Source: an uncultured Gammaproteobacteria bacterium (GTDB lineage: Bacteria > Pseudomonadota > Gammaproteobacteria > UBA9214). From it: a DNA stretch of 64,000 bases. The notes below the pieces were generated by a model. It made no database searches. It had not been told where the DNA came from and worked only from the letters and a program-made list of their open reading frames with translations. The position numbers and the translations under genes are program-made. The DNA lies in assembly GCA_963748215.1 (NCBI GenBank), contig CAVVHS010000008.1, forward strand, positions 288,001 through 352,000. Direction: 5' to 3'. Numbering within the stretch: position 1 is the first letter of the stretch; each line of letters begins with the position of its first letter. This document shows, piece by piece, positions 1-10,240 of this stretch.

Positions 1-2266
1 ACGCCGCCTCGCCGGCCAGCCTCGCAATCGAGATCAGGGCACCATAGGGTTGCAACGCCACTGTAAGGTAGGTCATCGAGGCCTTCTTCACGGCCTTGCT
101 GACCGCCGTGTTTACCACGTCGGTGATATCGAAGTCCGGCTTGTCGATGTCGCCGCTCACCGGCAGATCCAGCACGATAGTATCGTTCTTGTCACGCAAC
201 ATATCGAGCGCAGTCCCCAACGGCAGTGACAGCTGGCTTTCCAGCTCCTTGCGTGCCTCGTTGTCGACCGGTGTGACTTCCAGCGCGCGCAGGGTCAGCT
301 TGTTCTTGCCATCCATCACGCCATTGTCGATGCGGAGGGTCGAGTCGGCATCAAGGCTGCCGCTCTTCAGTTCATAGCCGAGCATGTTGACGGTGTACGG
401 TGACAGGTCGGTTAGCGCGATCCCCTCCAGGTGGTTAGCCAGCTTCAGGGTGGGGCGTTCGGCAAACGGCCTGAGTGTGCCCTTGACGCTGACCTTGCTG
501 TGCTTGCCGGTGCTGCCCTGGATACTGACCTGGCTGTCCTGTGCAGGTCGTGCGCTGTCTATTGCGCCGACCAGTACCTCTGTCAGTGTCAGGCGCGTGC
601 TGAACGCCGGGGTGACGGTCGCATCTTCCAGCTCGATGGCGCTGTCACCGGTGATGTGTATCTCCTCCAGGCGGAGCTGCGCGGCAGCGGCCTGGTTGGC
701 CGCCCCCTCCACGGTTTGCGCCTTATCCCCGGCCGCCGTGGCGCTCGCAAATGGCAACGCCTGGATGATGCGCACGACCTGCCACTGCGCGTCGCTGTCA
801 CGCCGCAACCGGGTGACGACGTCGCTACCCTGCAACTTGCCGGCCAGGGTATTTCCGCCTGCCAGATGCAGACTGTCCAGGGTCAGCGCACCTGCCGTCA
901 GTACTGGATCCGCGCGTTTGTCTGCGGCTTGCGCGGGCTCCGCCAGCACGATGCCATTCACGGCAAGGTCACTGATACTTATGTCATCGACCGCCTGCAG
1001 ACTGATCTTGCCTGCCAGCAGTTCCGCTATGCGGGCCAGCCGGTAGTCACTGCCGGTGACATCGTAGGCCAGGTTGGCTGACTGCACCCGCCCGCTGGCC
1101 GTGACGGCCGGGGTATCGGCAGCTGTAAACTCCATCTCACCGTTCCACTGCAGGCTCTCGACCCCGACCCGGTGCTCCGCCTGGGTGAACTGCAGCGCCT
1201 CGGCACGCAGCAGGCCTGTCTGGGTCACGTGCAGCGGCTGGTCCGGCCCCTGCAAGACATCGAGTTGCGTGTCGGTCGTCAGGCGTCCGGCCAATTGATA
1301 GCCAGTGCCGGCACCCTCGTAGACCAGGCTGGCTGATTGCACCCGCCCGCTGGCCGTGACGGCCGGGGTATCGGCAGCTGTTAACTCCATCTCACCTTTC
1401 CATTGCAGGCTCTCGGCTGCAACACGATGTTCCGCCTGGGTGAACTGCAGCACCTCGACACGCAGCAGGCCTGACTGGGTCACATGCAGCGGACGCTCCG
1501 GTACCAGCAACACGTCAAGCTGCATATCGGTCGTCAGGCGACCGGCCAGTCCGCTGACCGCAGTCGCGGCGATTCGCGAAAACGCCCCCAGATCCAGGGC
1601 ATCGAGGGCCAGGCTGCCGCGATAGCCAAAGCCCTGCGCGAGTGACGGCAGCTGCCCGTCAAGGTGGATAGCCGCGCCATTGATCGCACCCTTGAGCACC
1701 AGCGGGGCCGGGTCGGTGCTCCAGGTCTTGATGCCGCTGAGGTCGAGTTCATCCAGCCGCGTCATGACTTCCAGGTCCGGCGCCCGGTAGTCGATGCTGG
1801 TATCGATGATCCGTAGCCGGTCGACCTCAAGCTGCCACTGCTGTCCCTGTGGCACATCCGTGCGTTCGCTGCCTTCCGGCAGGTTGATACCACCAACCCG
1901 CAAACGCCCGTCCTTGGTCTGCTCGATTGTCAGGCCGATCCCATCGATAGCAATCGAGCGCAGCACGACCTGTCGTGAAAACAGCGGCAACCACTCGACT
2001 TTCAATGCCAGGCTCGGGATGACAAGCAGGGAACGGCCCTGCGCAGAGAGACTGAGATCATGAATCGCTGCCGTGCCGCTGAAGAGATTGACGTCGATGT
2101 CTTCGATACGCACATCTTCACCACCGTTAGCGAGCAGCCACTTGTGCAGGCCATAGGACAGGCCCAGCGGTAACACCACGAGCAGCAACGCGATCAATAC
2201 GGCAATCGCGGCCAGCATGGCCACCCAGCGGCGGCGGTAGAAAGGCAAGTTTGGCGAATCCTGCAT
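1..2266 (-). CDS. DUF748/AsmA-like envelope protein (runs off left edge)
   Basis: Minus frame from ATG 2266: MQDSPNLPFYRRRWVAMLAAIAVLIALLLVVLPLGLSYGLHKWLLANGGEDVRIEDIDVNLFSG (N-terminal anchor then beta-rich); same frame at 385 (VNMLGYELKSG). Not in the ORF track, presumably because it has no stop in the window. Confidence 0.75.
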   Translation of the reverse strand, partial: MQDSPNLPFYRRRWVAMLAAIAVLIALLLVVLPLGLSYGLHKWLLANGGEDVRIEDIDVNLFSGTAAIHDLSLSAQGRSLLVIPSLALKVEWLPLFSRQVVLRSIAIDGIGLTIEQTKDGRLRVGGINLPEGSERTDVPQGQQWQLEVDRLRIIDTSIDYRAPDLEVMTRLDELDLSGIKTWSTDPAPLVLKGAINGAAIHLDGQLPSLAQGFGYRGSLALDALDLGAFSRIAATAVSGLAGRLTTDMQLDVLLVPERPLHVTQSGLLRVEVLQFTQAEHRVAAESLQWKGEMELTAADTPAVTASGRVQSASLVYEGAGTGYQLAGRLTTDTQLDVLQGPDQPLHVTQTGLLRAEALQFTQAEHRVGVESLQWNGEMEFTAADTPAVTASGRVQSANLAYDVTGSDYRLARIAELLAGKISLQAVDDISISDLAVNGIVLAEPAQAADKRADPVLTAGALTLDSLHLAGGNTLAGKLQGSDVVTRLRRDSDAQWQVVRIIQALPFASATAAGDKAQTVEGAANQAAAAQLRLEEIHITGDSAIELEDATVTPAFSTRLTLTEVLVGAIDSARPAQDSQVSIQGSTGKHSKVSVKGTLRPFAERPTLKLANHLEGIALTDLSPYTVNMLGYELKSGSLDADSTLRIDNGVMDGKNKLTLRALEVTPVDNEARKELESQLSLPLGTALDMLRDKNDTIVLDLPVSGDIDKPDFDITDVVNTAVSKAVKKASMTYLTVALQPYGALISIARLAGEAA
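1076..1555. repeat. Intragenic tandem duplication, 255-bp period (85 codons)
   Basis: GGCTGA(C/T)TGCACCCGCCCGCTGGCCGTGACGGCCGGGGTATCGGCAGCTG at 1076 and 1331; similarity continues for about 225 bp. Confidence 0.85.
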
Positions 2267-2365
2267 CGTTCGTCCGTGCAATTGTCCGGCAGGTCTTCCG
2301 GCATGATAACGCCGCAAGACCCTGCATGCACGGCGCTGCTACGCGACATGCCCTGAATGATCAAG

Positions 2366-2584
2366 TCATGGGATGGCCTGGCCGGCCTGCCCGACCAGCG
2401 AACCGGATAAGGACCCGGCAGGCTCCGCCTGCATAAGCCAGGACCACTGGGAAAGATAATCGGAGAGCGGCGGTGCCACTGGCGCCGGGGCGGAAAATAC
2501 GATGGATGTCAGAACAACGGCACAGAACACGACAAGACCGATGAACCCGATCGAGTTGAATACTTTTATCCTGCCTGCACGCAA
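2366..2584 (-). CDS. small hypothetical membrane protein
   Basis: 72-aa ORF with one hydrophobic segment (IGFIGLVVFCAVVLTSIVF), upstream of and co-oriented with the DUF748 gene. Confidence 0.4.
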   Translation of the reverse strand: MRAGRIKVFNSIGFIGLVVFCAVVLTSIVFSAPAPVAPPLSDYLSQWSWLMQAEPAGSLSGSLVGQAGQAIP

Positions 2585-2882
2585 TGCGATTGCCCTCGTT
2601 CAACTGTTGCGGAAACGGCCGCTGCCGGGATAGCCAACCGTGTTCGTACCGGGGTATATCGGCAGGCGTCCGTCCTTATACAGTCACAGGCAACAATTCC
2701 CTGATCCGGGTCACATTCCTTCATCCCCCGCGGCGCCGGGCCAGCACTCCCTGCAGCCGACGTCGCCCCACGATGGACAGATATTCCTCTTATTAACAAA
2801 TAGTTATTTTACTCAAGTGTGGCAGCATCCCCGCCGCTAACCTGTAGCCGGCAAAGCGCCACAGGAACGCCAGGGGTGTGCC

Positions 2883-3071
2883 ATGAAACCACGCACGGAA
2901 AGACGCAAGGTCAATAGCGGGACTGAAGACCCGCACGAGAACAACGGACGCGGAGAATTCGCCCGGGAACGGCGCAAGCGGCGCGACCGGCGCATGGAAA
3001 ACCTGGACCTGGAAGAGCGCCAGTTGCTGCTCTCGGAAATGCCCTGGCTGACACTCGACAAGCGCCCCTGA
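2883..3071 (+). CDS. small charged hypothetical protein
   Basis: 62-aa ORF, GGGG upstream, ERRKRRDRR motif. Confidence 0.45.
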   Translation: MKPRTERRKVNSGTEDPHENNGRGEFARERRKRRDRRMENLDLEERQLLLSEMPWLTLDKRP

Positions 3072-3291
3072 TCCCGCGTTCCCACCGCAATAATTCGCGC
3101 AATTCCGCCACGCTTGGTGTACTATCAACCTCGTTGAGGTGAGGCTGCGGCAATCGTCCGTCTCCCGATCCCCGACAAGAGTCTCAGTTGCACGTTATAG
3201 GTTATATCGGAAGTTCCTCTTGACCCTCCTGCACATTTCCTTGCACGTCTTGCGATTGAAAATTTTTATTTTTGTATAGAGGTAAGTTTTA

Positions 3292-3495
3292 ATGGCTACA
3301 GGTACTGTTAAATGGTTCAACGAGTCCAAGGGTTTTGGTTTCATCGCTCCGAGCGATGGCGGTGAGGATGTATTCGTACATTACTCCGCTATTTCCGGCG
3401 ATGGTTTCAAGACACTGGCAGAAGGACAGAGCGTAAATTTCGATGTCGAGCAGGGTCCGAAGGGCCTGCAGGCGAGCAACGTCACGGCCGCCTGA
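3292..3495 (+). CDS. cspA: cold-shock protein
   Basis: [18 protein letters not shown]...DVFVHYSAI (RNP1/RNP2), RBS AGAGG. Confidence 0.97.
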   Translation: MATGTVKWFNESKGFGFIAPSDGGEDVFVHYSAISGDGFKTLAEGQSVNFDVEQGPKGLQASNVTAA

Positions 3496-3519
3496 CCTGC
3501 AATTCAGTCAGCAACACGG

Positions 3520-3550
3520 GAACCCCGCTTTTCAGCGGGGTTCTTTATTT
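3520..3550 (+). terminator. intrinsic terminator of cspA
   Basis: GAACCCCGCT-TTTC-AGCGGGGTTC followed by TTTATTT. Confidence 0.9.
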
Positions 3551-3576
3551 CCGGCGGCTTGTAGTACCCCCCTTCG

Positions 3577-5508
3577 TCATGCACGCGCGGCACGCTGCAC
3601 CGTCCAGTCACTGGCCGCGAGAAATTCGAAAAATTCATCCGCCGGCAGCGGGCGGCTGATCAGATAGCCCTGCACCATGTCACAGCGCATGGCTTGCAGC
3701 ACGGCCAGCGTCTCCTCGGTTTCCACGCCTTCCGCGATGGTTTTCAGGCCCAGGTTGTGGGCCAGGTCGATCGTGGATCGGACGATTATCGCGTCATCGC
3801 TGTCACTCACCATATCCCTGACGAACGAGCGATCGATCTTCAGCTTCTGCACCGGCATCCGTTTCAGGTAACTGAGCGAGGAGTAGCCGGTACCGAAATC
3901 ATCAATGGACAACTGCACGCCCATAGCGTGCAATCGGTTCAGGATTTCCTGGCTTTGCTCGGGATCCGTCATCACGGCGCTCTCGGTAATCTCAAGCGTC
4001 AGCTGGTGCGCGTCGAGTTCGTGGTAGGCAAGAATTTCCGCCACCTGCTCCGGCAGCTTGTCGTCCCTGAGGTTATGGGCGGAAAGATTGACTGCGACAG
4101 TGAGCCGGTAACCGGCCCGCTCGCAGTGCATGCAAAACCTGACTGCGTGCTCGATCATCTGCAGCGTGAACTGCTTGATGAGTCCGGTCTGTTCGAGGAT
4201 GGGAATGAATTCGACCGGTGAGACCGGTCCGTGCCCGGGCTTCACCCAGCGTGCCAGCGCCTCCGCTCCGACGATCGTTCCGCTTTGCAGGTCGACCTTG
4301 GGCTGGAACGCTGCGCCTATATCCCACTGCTGAATGGCAACGTGCAGGTCACTGATCAGGTCGAGCCGCTGTGGATTATTGGTGTCCAGCCTGGCATCGT
4401 AGACGCAAATATCGTTGCGATTGCGCTTGGCGATGTACATCGCGACATCAGCGCATTTCAGCAGCGCGGAGGGTTGCTCGCCGTGCTCCGGATAGATGGC
4501 GATACCCATGCTGACCCCGACCGAGCAGGCCGTCTGCCCGATGAGTACCGGCGCCTTCAGGGTGGCACCGAGCTGCTCGGCCACGGCAAGCGCCTCGCGC
4601 TTGTCGGTCGCCGGTATCACCACGGCGAACTCGTCTCCACCCAGCCGGCCGATGGTATCTTCTTCCCGGAGAACACTCCTGAAGAGGCCGCCGATCCTGA
4701 TCAGCAACTGGTCGCCCATGACATGCCCCAGCGTGTCGTTCACCTCCTTGAAATGATCGAGGTCGATCATGATCAGCGCAACACCATGGCGGCCATGTCG
4801 TGCGGATATCATCGACTGCTGCAGGCGGTCAAGGATCAGCGTCCGGTTCGGCAGGCCGGTCAACGGATCGTGTACCGCGAGATGCTTGAGTTCGCGGTTG
4901 GCCGATACCAGCTTATGGTTGAGCCTTTCGAGCTTTTCCTTATAGGCCTCGGCGGCCAGCCTGGCTGACTGGAGTTCCTCGAATGACATGGCGTTCTCGA
5001 TCGCGATACTGACCTGACCGGCAAACAGCGAGAGCAATTCCATGTCTTCCTCGTTGAACTCACTGCCGTCCAGCTTGTTGATGCAGGCAATGCCACCGAG
5101 GAAGCGGTGTTTACCGACCAGTGGCACCAGAATCAGCGACCCGGCCTCTTTTTCCCACTGGTTGCGTTCGCTATCGTCCAGCATCTCTATCATCCCGCGC
5201 CACCAGGCACGGCGATGGCGCAACACCCAGCCGCACAGGCCAACCTCGATGGGCAGCTCGGCGCCGAGCAGTTCGTCGGCACTGACGCCGCACGCCGCAC
5301 GATAGATATAGCTGTTGCAGTCGTCGGACATGATCGGAATGGAGACGGTCTCGACCCGCAGCAGTTGCGAGGCACTGCAGGCGACGTGGTCGAACACCTT
5401 CTGCAGATTATGCTCGCCACCGATCATCTGCGTGATCTCGCTGAGCAGATGGATCTCCTGTTCTTTTTGCCTTAGCTGTGCCGCCAGGGATTGTTTGCTT
5501 GTTGCCAC
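3577..5508 (-). CDS. GAF-GGDEF-EAL c-di-GMP signalling protein
   Basis: GAF, coiled coil, HDPLTGLPNR, RLGGDEF, EAL, IDDFGTGYSSL motifs. Confidence 0.95.
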   Translation of the reverse strand: MATSKQSLAAQLRQKEQEIHLLSEITQMIGGEHNLQKVFDHVACSASQLLRVETVSIPIMSDDCNSYIYRAACGVSADELLGAELPIEVGLCGWVLRHRRAWWRGMIEMLDDSERNQWEKEAGSLILVPLVGKHRFLGGIACINKLDGSEFNEEDMELLSLFAGQVSIAIENAMSFEELQSARLAAEAYKEKLERLNHKLVSANRELKHLAVHDPLTGLPNRTLILDRLQQSMISARHGRHGVALIMIDLDHFKEVNDTLGHVMGDQLLIRIGGLFRSVLREEDTIGRLGGDEFAVVIPATDKREALAVAEQLGATLKAPVLIGQTACSVGVSMGIAIYPEHGEQPSALLKCADVAMYIAKRNRNDICVYDARLDTNNPQRLDLISDLHVAIQQWDIGAAFQPKVDLQSGTIVGAEALARWVKPGHGPVSPVEFIPILEQTGLIKQFTLQMIEHAVRFCMHCERAGYRLTVAVNLSAHNLRDDKLPEQVAEILAYHELDAHQLTLEITESAVMTDPEQSQEILNRLHAMGVQLSIDDFGTGYSSLSYLKRMPVQKLKIDRSFVRDMVSDSDDAIIVRSTIDLAHNLGLKTIAEGVETEETLAVLQAMRCDMVQGYLISRPLPADEFFEFLAASDWTVQRAARA

Positions 5509-5652
5509 TCTTTACATCCTTGTAAAGATCCGTCACAGGAAGAATTGATTCCGGCACCGGAATCCATGGCACCTCAGACCGTATCGGCTATGGGCGGGGG
5601 GTGCTTTAGATGGCGCCTCGCGCCAGCGAGGGCAGGATACAGGACGAATAAT

Positions 5653-5698
5653 TGGAGCCGGCGACAGGAGTCGAACCCGCGACATCTTCATTACAAGT
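5653..5698 (-). repeat. att site: 46-bp copy of the tRNA-Thr 3' half
   Basis: Identical to 14254-14299 (TGGAGCCGGCGACAGGAGTCGAACCCGCGACATCTTCATTACAAGT), ending at the anticodon loop. Confidence 0.93.
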
Positions 5699-6066
5699 CG
5701 GTATAAGCTAATGATTAGCAATAACTAGCGACAAATAACAACAGTATAATTAGCCAGATAGCCCACTCCATTGGTTGCTGTTTGTTGCTAATTTATGTCG
5801 TTATTTGGCAGCAAGTGCGCCACCAGCGCGCCATGGCAAATGCGGCAGCCACCCTCTATCGGAATTAAACTAGAGCCAGGTTGTCGTCTCTAATTTTACG
5901 GGGATATTTTTCTTCCCCCGTCACTCTTTTCTTTCGCCACAATCAGCCCTGTCTGGTAACGTCATAACTCACAGCCAGGTCCTGCTCGCCGCGCCCATTG
6001 GGAAGCTAGGACATGCGCTGCCACCCTTCGGGTTGGCTTCGCCTTCCTGAATGTCCGAAAGCGGAC

Positions 6067-7654
6067 GATAGTGTTGAAAAACACCTCATCAGGAAGAGCG
6101 CATGAGATAATGTCGCTGCGTTTAAACATATGAGGATTCTCGCCCATGATGGGTCAGTTACCCGCTGCGCAAAATGCCTTGTTTTACGATTTTTGTCTTG
6201 AACGCCGCATTCCCTCCGATCATCTTCTCCGTCAAATAGACCAGTTCCTCGACTTCGACCAGATTCGCCAGCACCTCCAGCCTTTCTATAGCACCACCGG
6301 CCGTCCTTCCATCGATCCGGAGCTCATGATCCGGATGCTGCTGGTGGGCTACTGCTACGGTATCCGCTCAGAGCGCAGGCTCTGCGAAGAAGTGAACTTC
6401 AACCTGGCCTACCGCTGGTTTTGTCGGCTAGGGTTGGAGGCCGATATGCCTGATCATTCGACCTTCTCCAAGAACCGTCATGGACGCTTCCGGGAAGCGG
6501 AGACATTCCGCTATGTCTTTGAACAGGTGCTTAAACGCTGCATGGTGGAAGGCCTGGTCGGGGGTGAGGGTTTTGCCGTGGATGCGAGCATCGTGAAGGC
6601 GGATGCCAGCCGCCAACGTCATCGGGATGACGATGATGATTGGGGTGGTGGCCGTGCGGTGCGTGAGTACCTCGATGCACTGGACGAGTCTGCTTCGCAG
6701 GCCGGTAAGTCAGCACGGAAGATCTCGCCGACGGACCCGGCGGCCAGTTACACAGCAGCACCGGGTGGTCCGGCATTCTATGCCTACTCAAACAATTACC
6801 TGGTTGATACCGGCCATGGGATCATCATGGATGTCGAGTCGACCACGGCCAATCGGACACAGGAGGCTGAATCGACCAAGACCATGGTCGATCGGGTCGT
6901 GAATCGATTCGGGATCAAACCAAAACGCCTGATCGGCGATACTGCTTACGGCACAGCGGCCATGCTCAACTGGATCGTCGAGATAAAGCAGATCGAGCCA
7001 CACACACCCGTGTGGCAGAAGTACGAAGGGGAAGCAGGAATGTTTGGGATGGCTGACTTCACTTGGGATGCCGAGACTGACCGTTACTTGTGTCCGGCAG
7101 GAAAGTTGTTGCAACGCTATCGACGCGACCTAAAAAAAATAAACGCACCGGCATCACAAAGGCCAATACCATTATATACCGTGCCACTGAACACGATTGT
7201 GGAGACTGTGAATACAAATCACGCTGTTGCCCTAAAGTACCTCGGCGCAAAATCACCCGGAGTATTTACGAGTCGTCGCGCGAAGTGGCCCGTGCAACCG
7301 CACAAACACCTGCTTACAAGAAGTCACGCCTTCAACGAAAGAAAGTGGAGATGCTGTTCGCGCACATGAAGCGCATATTAAAGCTGGACCGTCTACGATT
7401 GCGTGGTATGAGCGGTGCGCATGATGAGTTCCTGCTGACAGCAACAGTACAAAACTTACGCAGGATGGCGAAACTGCTCAGTCAACCACCACCAGACCGC
7501 AGGATAGGTGCGCTCGCATGACAGAAAATCAACCGCTTTAACCACCAAAGTCCATCATCTGAACCGGTGATGGCACTTCAAGAAGATCACCCCTTGGCTG
7601 ATGACTTGCCGCGGCTACCGCCATCATCCAAATAGCGACTTTTTCAACACTATC
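6067..7654 (+). mobile_element. IS1182-family insertion sequence
   Basis: TIR GATAGTGTTGAAAAA / TTTTTCAACACTATC; 4-bp DR GGAC at 6063-6066 and 7655-7658. Confidence 0.9.
6146..7521 (+). pseudogene. IS1182 transposase split by a -1 frameshift
   Basis: GRPSIDPELMIRML, PDHSTFSKNR in ORF 6146-7369; C-terminus (RKKVEMLFAHMKR...QNLRRMAK) in ORF 7090-7521; shift at the A8 run 7132-7139. Confidence 0.85.
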
Positions 7655-8183
7655 GGACAACAGTTGCCATTCCCCTCGACACAGAAAACCCGCTGATGCG
7701 GGATTCCTAATTGGCGACTATCGATTCAAGCCGGATGTTTAGCCGCTTCTTATATCAACGATCACTTATCGGGAAAGAGCGACTACTTCCCGATGTTTTC
7801 AAACTGTCATTCGCTCGGCTTCAATAACATGTTCTCGTTCTGTTGCCAGCACCGCTTCGCCATTACCACGTAGCGTCTCTGCAAAAGTATTCTAATCGCC
7901 CTGTCGACACTGTTTCTCACCAATGCGTCTCACAAATAGTTCTGTCTATATTTGTGAACTGGATCATGCATGAATAATCTGGATTGGTCGATTTAATATA
8001 TGACGTTACGGAAGACGCCGTATTTATAAACCCCACATGTTGGGTGCTGTGTGCATGGCATCCGTCTCCATCGACTGATTAATCGCTAATGCGCTCAGCT
8101 TGGTGGCGGTCGCTACCGGCGGGGGCACGTAAACGGCACAGTCTCCCGGCCATGCCGATTTTATAGTCAACAGAGGAATTACG

Positions 8184-8891
8184 ATGAAAACTATCAGTCA
8201 ACTTCCCATCAGAGCCTTGGTTATAGTCACGATAGCCGCCATTGTTGGGTTGGGTGCCAGCAGTGCATATGCCGCCTCGGTCTACTTCTTGCAGATCGAC
8301 GATATCAAAGGCGAAGCCACTGAACGATCCCATAAGGACTGGATAACGATCAACAGTTTTTCATGGGGAATCAACAACCCCGGATCGGTTGGAACAGGCG
8401 GCGGAGCATCTTCCGGCAAGGCAATACTCTCTCCATTCTCCTGGACACAGTTCCTCGATATGAGTGTACCGCCGATGTTTGTGGGGGTTGCATCCGGGAA
8501 GCATTACTCGAAGGCGACACTGGATGTACAGAATGTAGCAGCGGGGACAGCAGGTGTGTATTTCCAAATGGTATTCGAGGATGTGCTTCTGACCTCACTA
8601 AACATTAGTGGTGCTGGTGATATTCCGGGCGTTTCCGGGGCGCTTGAATATTCGAAGGTCACCATGACCTATCGGCAGCAAAAAGCTGATGGCAGTTTTA
8701 ACACGCCGATCATTGGCGGTTGGGATTTGAAGAAAAACACTGCTGATGCGTTTTTTGGTTCACCGGCAGTACTACAAGGCCTGATCTTGGCAGGACCGAC
8801 GCCGGCCGCAGTACCGGTGCCTGCGGCGATATGGCTCTTCGGCTCCGGCCTGCTGGGACTAGTCGGCATTGCAAGACGCAAGAAAGCCTAA
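8184..8891 (+). CDS. Signal peptide + Hcp (T6SS tube-like) domain + VPxPA-CTERM sorting signal
   Basis: Signal ending AYA-A; YFLQIDDIKGE..H.DWI.I.SFSWG...GGGASSGK...SGKHY...Y.QQKADGS...GWDLKKN as in Hcp; tail VPVPAAIWLFGSGLLGLVGIARRKKA. Confidence 0.88.
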   Translation: MKTISQLPIRALVIVTIAAIVGLGASSAYAASVYFLQIDDIKGEATERSHKDWITINSFSWGINNPGSVGTGGGASSGKAILSPFSWTQFLDMSVPPMFVGVASGKHYSKATLDVQNVAAGTAGVYFQMVFEDVLLTSLNISGAGDIPGVSGALEYSKVTMTYRQQKADGSFNTPIIGGWDLKKNTADAFFGSPAVLQGLILAGPTPAAVPVPAAIWLFGSGLLGLVGIARRKKA

Positions 8892-8905
8892 CCAGTTACA
8901 AAACA

Positions 8906-8929
8906 GCGGCTCCTTCGGGAGCCGTTTTT
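8906..8929 (+). terminator. intrinsic terminator
   Basis: GCGGCTCC-TTCG-GGAGCCGT + T run. Confidence 0.9.
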
Positions 8930-9308
8930 CATTACGCGGTATGTCTGAGTTTGGCCGGCTCCAGTTCTGCGCCACTGCTTATTTGGGAAATCAGTAAGGC
9001 ACAGTAACTTACCCATTCCTGACGATCCATGTCTAAGACCAAACAGTACGCGTCATTAATGTGCTACAGATTCTGTTTTATTGGCCGAATATCATGCCGG
9101 TACTGATGGTATTACCTGACTATAAATAATAACTGCGAGTAACACGGAGCATGACAAGCAGATTATCCGAACCTGCATTAACAATGCCCGACAAGATGAA
9201 CGGCTACTGGAAACAGCAGGTGTCTTACAAAAGACATCCACGGAGCGTTGCAGTCGGCTCTGCGGTTCATAAACGCCAGGACGCCTTTATCAAACAAGGA
9301 GAATTAAC

Positions 9309-9965
9309 ATGAGATTTACCGTGAATAAATCACGACTTATTGGCACAGTATGCGCTACAGCGTTTAGTTTTATCGCTGCGCCAATGGCCGCGAACGCAGC
9401 CATTATTGACTTTGAAGATATCTCCATCCCTGCAAGCAGCATTAGCGGACCATCGCAAACATCCGGAGGTTACTCGTTCGTGAACACCACAACCACGAAT
9501 GACGACATATTAGCTGTGCGGCTATCATCGGCATGCGCAGGTGGATGCGTTGATAACGGCACGCAGTATCTCGCAGTCTTTAATTCAGATCAGACCGGAC
9601 CATTCGAAGTCGAAATGACACGCAATGGTGGTGGGTTATTTGATCTACTTAGCTTCGACTTTGCGTCGTTGTTCAAATTTGTTCCCGCTTCAGGTACCGA
9701 AGTGCTGGACGTTATCGCTACAGCGCCAGGGGGCGTAACCGTTTCGCAGCGTTTCAACTACGACAACATAGGCGACGAATTTCAAATTGCAATGCTTGGT
9801 AGTCAGTTCTCGGGCCTGCAATCCGTCTTGTTTAGCTCCCAGTTTATTTTTCCAGCTTATGACAACATTGAGGTCTCAGCAGTCCCTATCCCCGCAGCCG
9901 TCTGGCTTTTCGGCTCTGGCCTGCTGGGTCTAGTTGGTATAGCAAGGCGCAAGAAAGTAGCTTAG
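9309..9965 (+). CDS. VPxPA-CTERM (PEP-CTERM-like) surface protein
   Basis: Signal ending ANA-AIIDFED; tail VPIPAAVWLFGSGLLGLVGIARRKKVA; RBS AGGAG. Confidence 0.9.
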   Translation: MRFTVNKSRLIGTVCATAFSFIAAPMAANAAIIDFEDISIPASSISGPSQTSGGYSFVNTTTTNDDILAVRLSSACAGGCVDNGTQYLAVFNSDQTGPFEVEMTRNGGGLFDLLSFDFASLFKFVPASGTEVLDVIATAPGGVTVSQRFNYDNIGDEFQIAMLGSQFSGLQSVLFSSQFIFPAYDNIEVSAVPIPAAVWLFGSGLLGLVGIARRKKVA

Positions 9966-9986
9966 TCCTTTCGGCACTCATACTAA

Positions 9987-10010
9987 GCGGCTCCTTGGGG
10001 AGCCGTTTTT
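9987..10010 (+). terminator. intrinsic terminator, near-copy of 8906
   Basis: GCGGCTCC-TTGG-GGAGCCGT + T run. Confidence 0.9.
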
Positions 10011-10170
10011 GATTGTGCTGAATGTCCATTTGTGGCTGCCGGTTCCTTTCCTACAGGATTGTCTTATATTAAGATTCCGTTCAACTGGGGTGACGTCGAC
10101 TTCAAGCCGACCCATCTAAGACATTTCGGCAAAATTATCTAAACGGCAGAAAGGCAAGCGGAAAGCGGAC

Positions 10171-10230
10171 ATTGAACGTCCAAGCTCAGCCTCGCCGTAA
10201 AACGGCGTCGGCTGAAACGTCGTGTTAGAT
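10171..10230 (+). other. attC-like site
   Basis: AAC...TCAGCC.CGCCGT-AAA-ACGGCG.CGGCTGA...GTTAGAT: ~60-bp imperfect hairpin ending in GTTRRRY; the left core ATTGAAC deviates from RYYYAAC. Confidence 0.55.
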
Positions 10231-10240
10231 TTCATCAGCA

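Noticed and set aside
96-2063. Plus-strand ORFs in the track
   Set aside because: Antisense shadows of the long minus-strand DUF748 frame
8030-8170. Riboswitch or sigma54 promoter upstream of the Hcp-CTERM gene
   Set aside because: GC-rich stems exist but match no consensus I recognise; TGGCAT lacks the -12 GC
8184-8891. A type VI secretion cluster
   Set aside because: Only an Hcp-like domain is present; no vgrG or tss genes in the window
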